A DNA stretch of 63,463 bases, filler included, from Chiloscyllium plagiosum (taxonomy: Eukaryota): the NCBI RefSeq assembly GCF_004010195.1. It is 5 parts of one record of this genome, joined end to end, with 100 filler letters (N's around TTAATTAATTAA, not from the genome) between each part and the next. Parts side by side here need not be neighbours in the genome. Positions count along the whole stretch, not along the records: positions 57,030 to 63,463 come from NC_057712.1; 4 more parts are not named here. One strand, given 5' to 3'. Each line of letters begins with the position of its first letter. Position 1 is the first letter of the stretch. Made by a program: the position numbers and the translations under genes. Positions 60,490 to 63,463 of this stretch are shown piece by piece. Under the pieces are notes generated by a model. The model did no database searches, was not told the origin of the DNA, and saw only the letters and a list, made by a program, of their open reading frames with translations.

Positions 60490-63463
60490 TTTGCTTCCAT
60501 CTCCTCAGGCTGGTGAGGCCAGAAACAGGGAGATAATGGACTTGAACGTGTGGCTGGGGAACTGGTGCAGGAAGCAAGGATTTAAATTCTTGGATCACTG
60601 GGGTATGTTTTGTGGTAAGCATAAATTATACAAGAGAGACGGTTTGCACCTTAATAGGTTAGGGACAAGCGTTCTGGCAGGCAGGTTTGCTACTGCAACA
60701 CAGCTACGTTTAAACTAAGTAGCGGGGGGAGGGGACAAACTGTATGTTTAAGAAGGCAATTGAAGGGAAAGTTAGAACAAGGGAAGTCAAGAAAGACAAC
60801 TGTATCAATGAAGCAGAAAACTCAAAAAGGGATCATGCTGTAAGGTTGAGTGAAATAGGAGTTGATGGGAAGGGTGAGGGTAGTAACAAATTAAAAATAC
60901 TATATATGAATGCACAAAGCATTAGAAATAAGATGGATGAGCTTGAGGCTCTTTTGGAAATTGGCAGATAGGATATTGTGGGGATAACTGGGACGTGGCT
61001 TCAAGTGGACAGGCCTTGGGAAATGAATATTCAAGGCTACACGTGCTATCGTAAGGGCAGACTGACGGGCAGAGGGGGTGGGGTAGCCATGTTGGTAAGG
61101 GATGATATTCAGTCCCTTGCGCGGGGGGACCTATAATCAGGGGATGTAGAGTCAGTATGGATAGAGCTGAGAAATTCTAAGGGTAAAAAGACTCTCATGG
61201 GAGTTATCTACAGGCCCCCAAACAGTAGTCTGGATGTCGGATAGAAGTTGAATCAGGAGCTGAAATTGGCCTGTCGCAAAGATGTTACTACAGTTGTTAT
61301 GGGGGATTTCAACATGCAGGTAGACTGGGAGAATCAGGATGGTATTGGACCTCAAGAAAGAGACTTTGCGGAGTGCCTCACAGATGGATTCTTAGAGCAG
61401 CTGGTGCTCGAGCCTACCAGGGAGAAGGCAATTCTGGATCTGCAACGAACCAGAATTGATCAGGGACCTCGAAGTGAAGGAGACATTGGGAAGTAGTGGC
61501 CATAATACATTAAGCTTCAATCTGCAATTTGAGAGGGAGAGGGTAGTGACAATATTTCTGTTGAATAAAGGAAACTATGGAGCTATGAGGGAGGAGCTGG
61601 CCAAAATTCAATGGTGCAATACCTTAGCAGGGATGACAGTGGAGGAACAATGGCGGATATTTCAGTGTATAATGTAGATGTTGCAGGATCAGTTCATTCC
61701 TAAAAGGAAGAAAGATCCTAGGAGGAGGCATGGGTGGCCGTGGCTGAAAAAAGTAATGGATTCTTTATTTCAAAGATGTAATAAAAAGAAAATCTAGAAA
61801 CAAAAAACCTCATTAAGGAATAGTTCATGTAACAGAACAGAATGCCAAACTTAACCAACTATATTGACTTCTTGGGGAAGACACAAGCAATCTCCCTGAG
61901 GTAACAGTGGCTGAAGGCCCTGAACTGAAGGGAATTTATATTTGCCAGGAATTGATGTTGGAGAGATTGTTAGGTCTGAAGGTTGATAAGTCCCCGGGGC
62001 CTGATGGTCTACATCCCAGGGTACTGAAGGAGGTGGCTCGAGAAATCGTGGATGCGTTGGTGATTATTTTCCAGAGTTCATTAGATTCAGGATCAGTTCC
62101 TGCGGATTGGAGGGTGGCTAATGTTGTACCACTTTTTAAGAAAGGTGGGAGAGAGAAAAACAGGAAATTATAGACCAGTTACTCTGACCTCAGTGGTGGG
62201 AAAGATGCTGGAGTCTATTATAAAGAATGAAATTACGACACATCTGGATAGTAGTAACAGGATAGGTCAGAGTCAGCATGAATTTATGAAGGGGAAATCA
62301 TGCTTGACTAATCTTCTGGATTTTTTGAGGATGTAACTCTGAAGATGGATGAGAAAGATCCAGTAGCTGTAATGCACCTGGACTTTCAGAAAGCTTTTGA
62401 TAAAGTCGCACATAGGAGGTTAGTGAGCAAAATTAGGGCGCATGGTATTGGGGGCAAAGTACTAAAATGGATTGCAAGTTGGTTGGCTGACAGGAAACAA
62501 AAAGTAGTGATAAACGGCTCCATTTCGGAATGGCAGGCAGTGACCAGTGGGGTACCGCAGGGATCAGTGCTGGGACCACAGCTTTTTACAATATATGTTA
62601 ATGATATAGAAGATGGTATTAGCAATAACATTAGCAAATTTGCTGATGATACTAAGCTGGGTGGCAGGTTGAAATGTGATGAAGATGTTAGGAGATTACA
62701 GGTTGACCTGGACAGGTTAGGTGAGTGGTCAGATGCATGGCAGATGCAGTTTAATGTGGATAAATGTATGGTTATCCACTTTCTACCGAAATGGAATCAA
62801 TTTAGGTAAAGGGGCAGTACAGAGAGATCCGAGTGTTCTTGTACACCAGTCAATGAAAGTAAGCATGCAGGTACAGCAGGTAGTGAAGAAGGCTAATAGC
62901 ATGCTGGCCTTCATAGCAAGAGGAATTGAGTATAGAAGCAAAGAGGTTCTTCTGCAGCTGTACAGGGTCCTGGTGAGACCACACCTGGAGTATTGTGTGC
63001 TGTTCTGGTCTCCAAATTTGAGGAAAGACATTCTGGCTATTGAGGGAGTGCAGCGTAGGTTCACGAGGTCAATTCCTGGAATGGCGGGATTACCTTACGC
63101 TGAAAGATTGGAGCGACTGGGCTTGTATACCCTTGAGTTTAGAAGACTGAGAGGGGATCTGATTGAGACATATAAAGATTATTAAAGGATTGGACACTCA
63201 GGAAACATGTTTCCGCTGATGGGTGAGTGCCGAACCAGAGGACACAGCTTAAAAATACGGGTTAGGCTATTTAGGACAGAGATGAGGAGAAACGTCTTCA
63301 CCCAGAGAGTAGTGGTTGTGTGGAATGCTCTGCCCCAGAGGGCAGTGGAGGCCCAGCCTCTGGATTCATTTAAGAAAGAGTTGGATAGAGCTCTTAAGGA
63401 TAGTGGAATCAAGGGTTATGGAGATAAGGCAGGAACAGGATACTGATTAGGAATGATCAGCCA
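60490..63463 (+). mobile_element. CR1 LINE: ORF1 esterase C-terminus plus ORF2 (endonuclease, RT) to the 3' end, frameshifted, with an internal deletion near 61745-61880
   Basis: DGLHLN (SGNH), YMNAQSIRNKMDEL, VMGDFN, KSPGPDG, YRPVTLTS, GVPQGSVLGP, KFADDTK, LVRPHLEYC and RRLRGDLIE motifs across ORFs 60380-63446. Confidence 0.95.

Overview
Repeat-rich vertebrate genomic DNA, most likely from a shark. That inference rests on HE1/V-SINE-type tRNA SINEs sharing CR1 3' tails, plus abundant CR1 LINEs and Penelope-like elements (PLEs). The only host gene is NBAS on the + strand: four consecutive phase-compatible C-terminal coding exons (1917-2167, 5213-5547, 13851-14069, 15963-16165). I could not find the next exon, so the remaining ~47 kb is probably intron, read across four artificial 100-bp scaffold gaps. 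The introns hold many CR1 fragments, SINEs, solo LTRs, a degenerate tRNA-Gly, an ~8 kb 32-bp satellite, and 31-bp and 45-bp minisatellites. The most striking signal is a set of tiny (~130-210 bp) TSD-flanked, fold-back PLE-derived insertions from several families. They carry minimal hammerhead ribozyme motifs and are all truncated or folded at the ribozyme's 5' edge. A larger inverted PLE sits inside the polypyrimidine tract of an NBAS splice acceptor and appears to supply its branch point.
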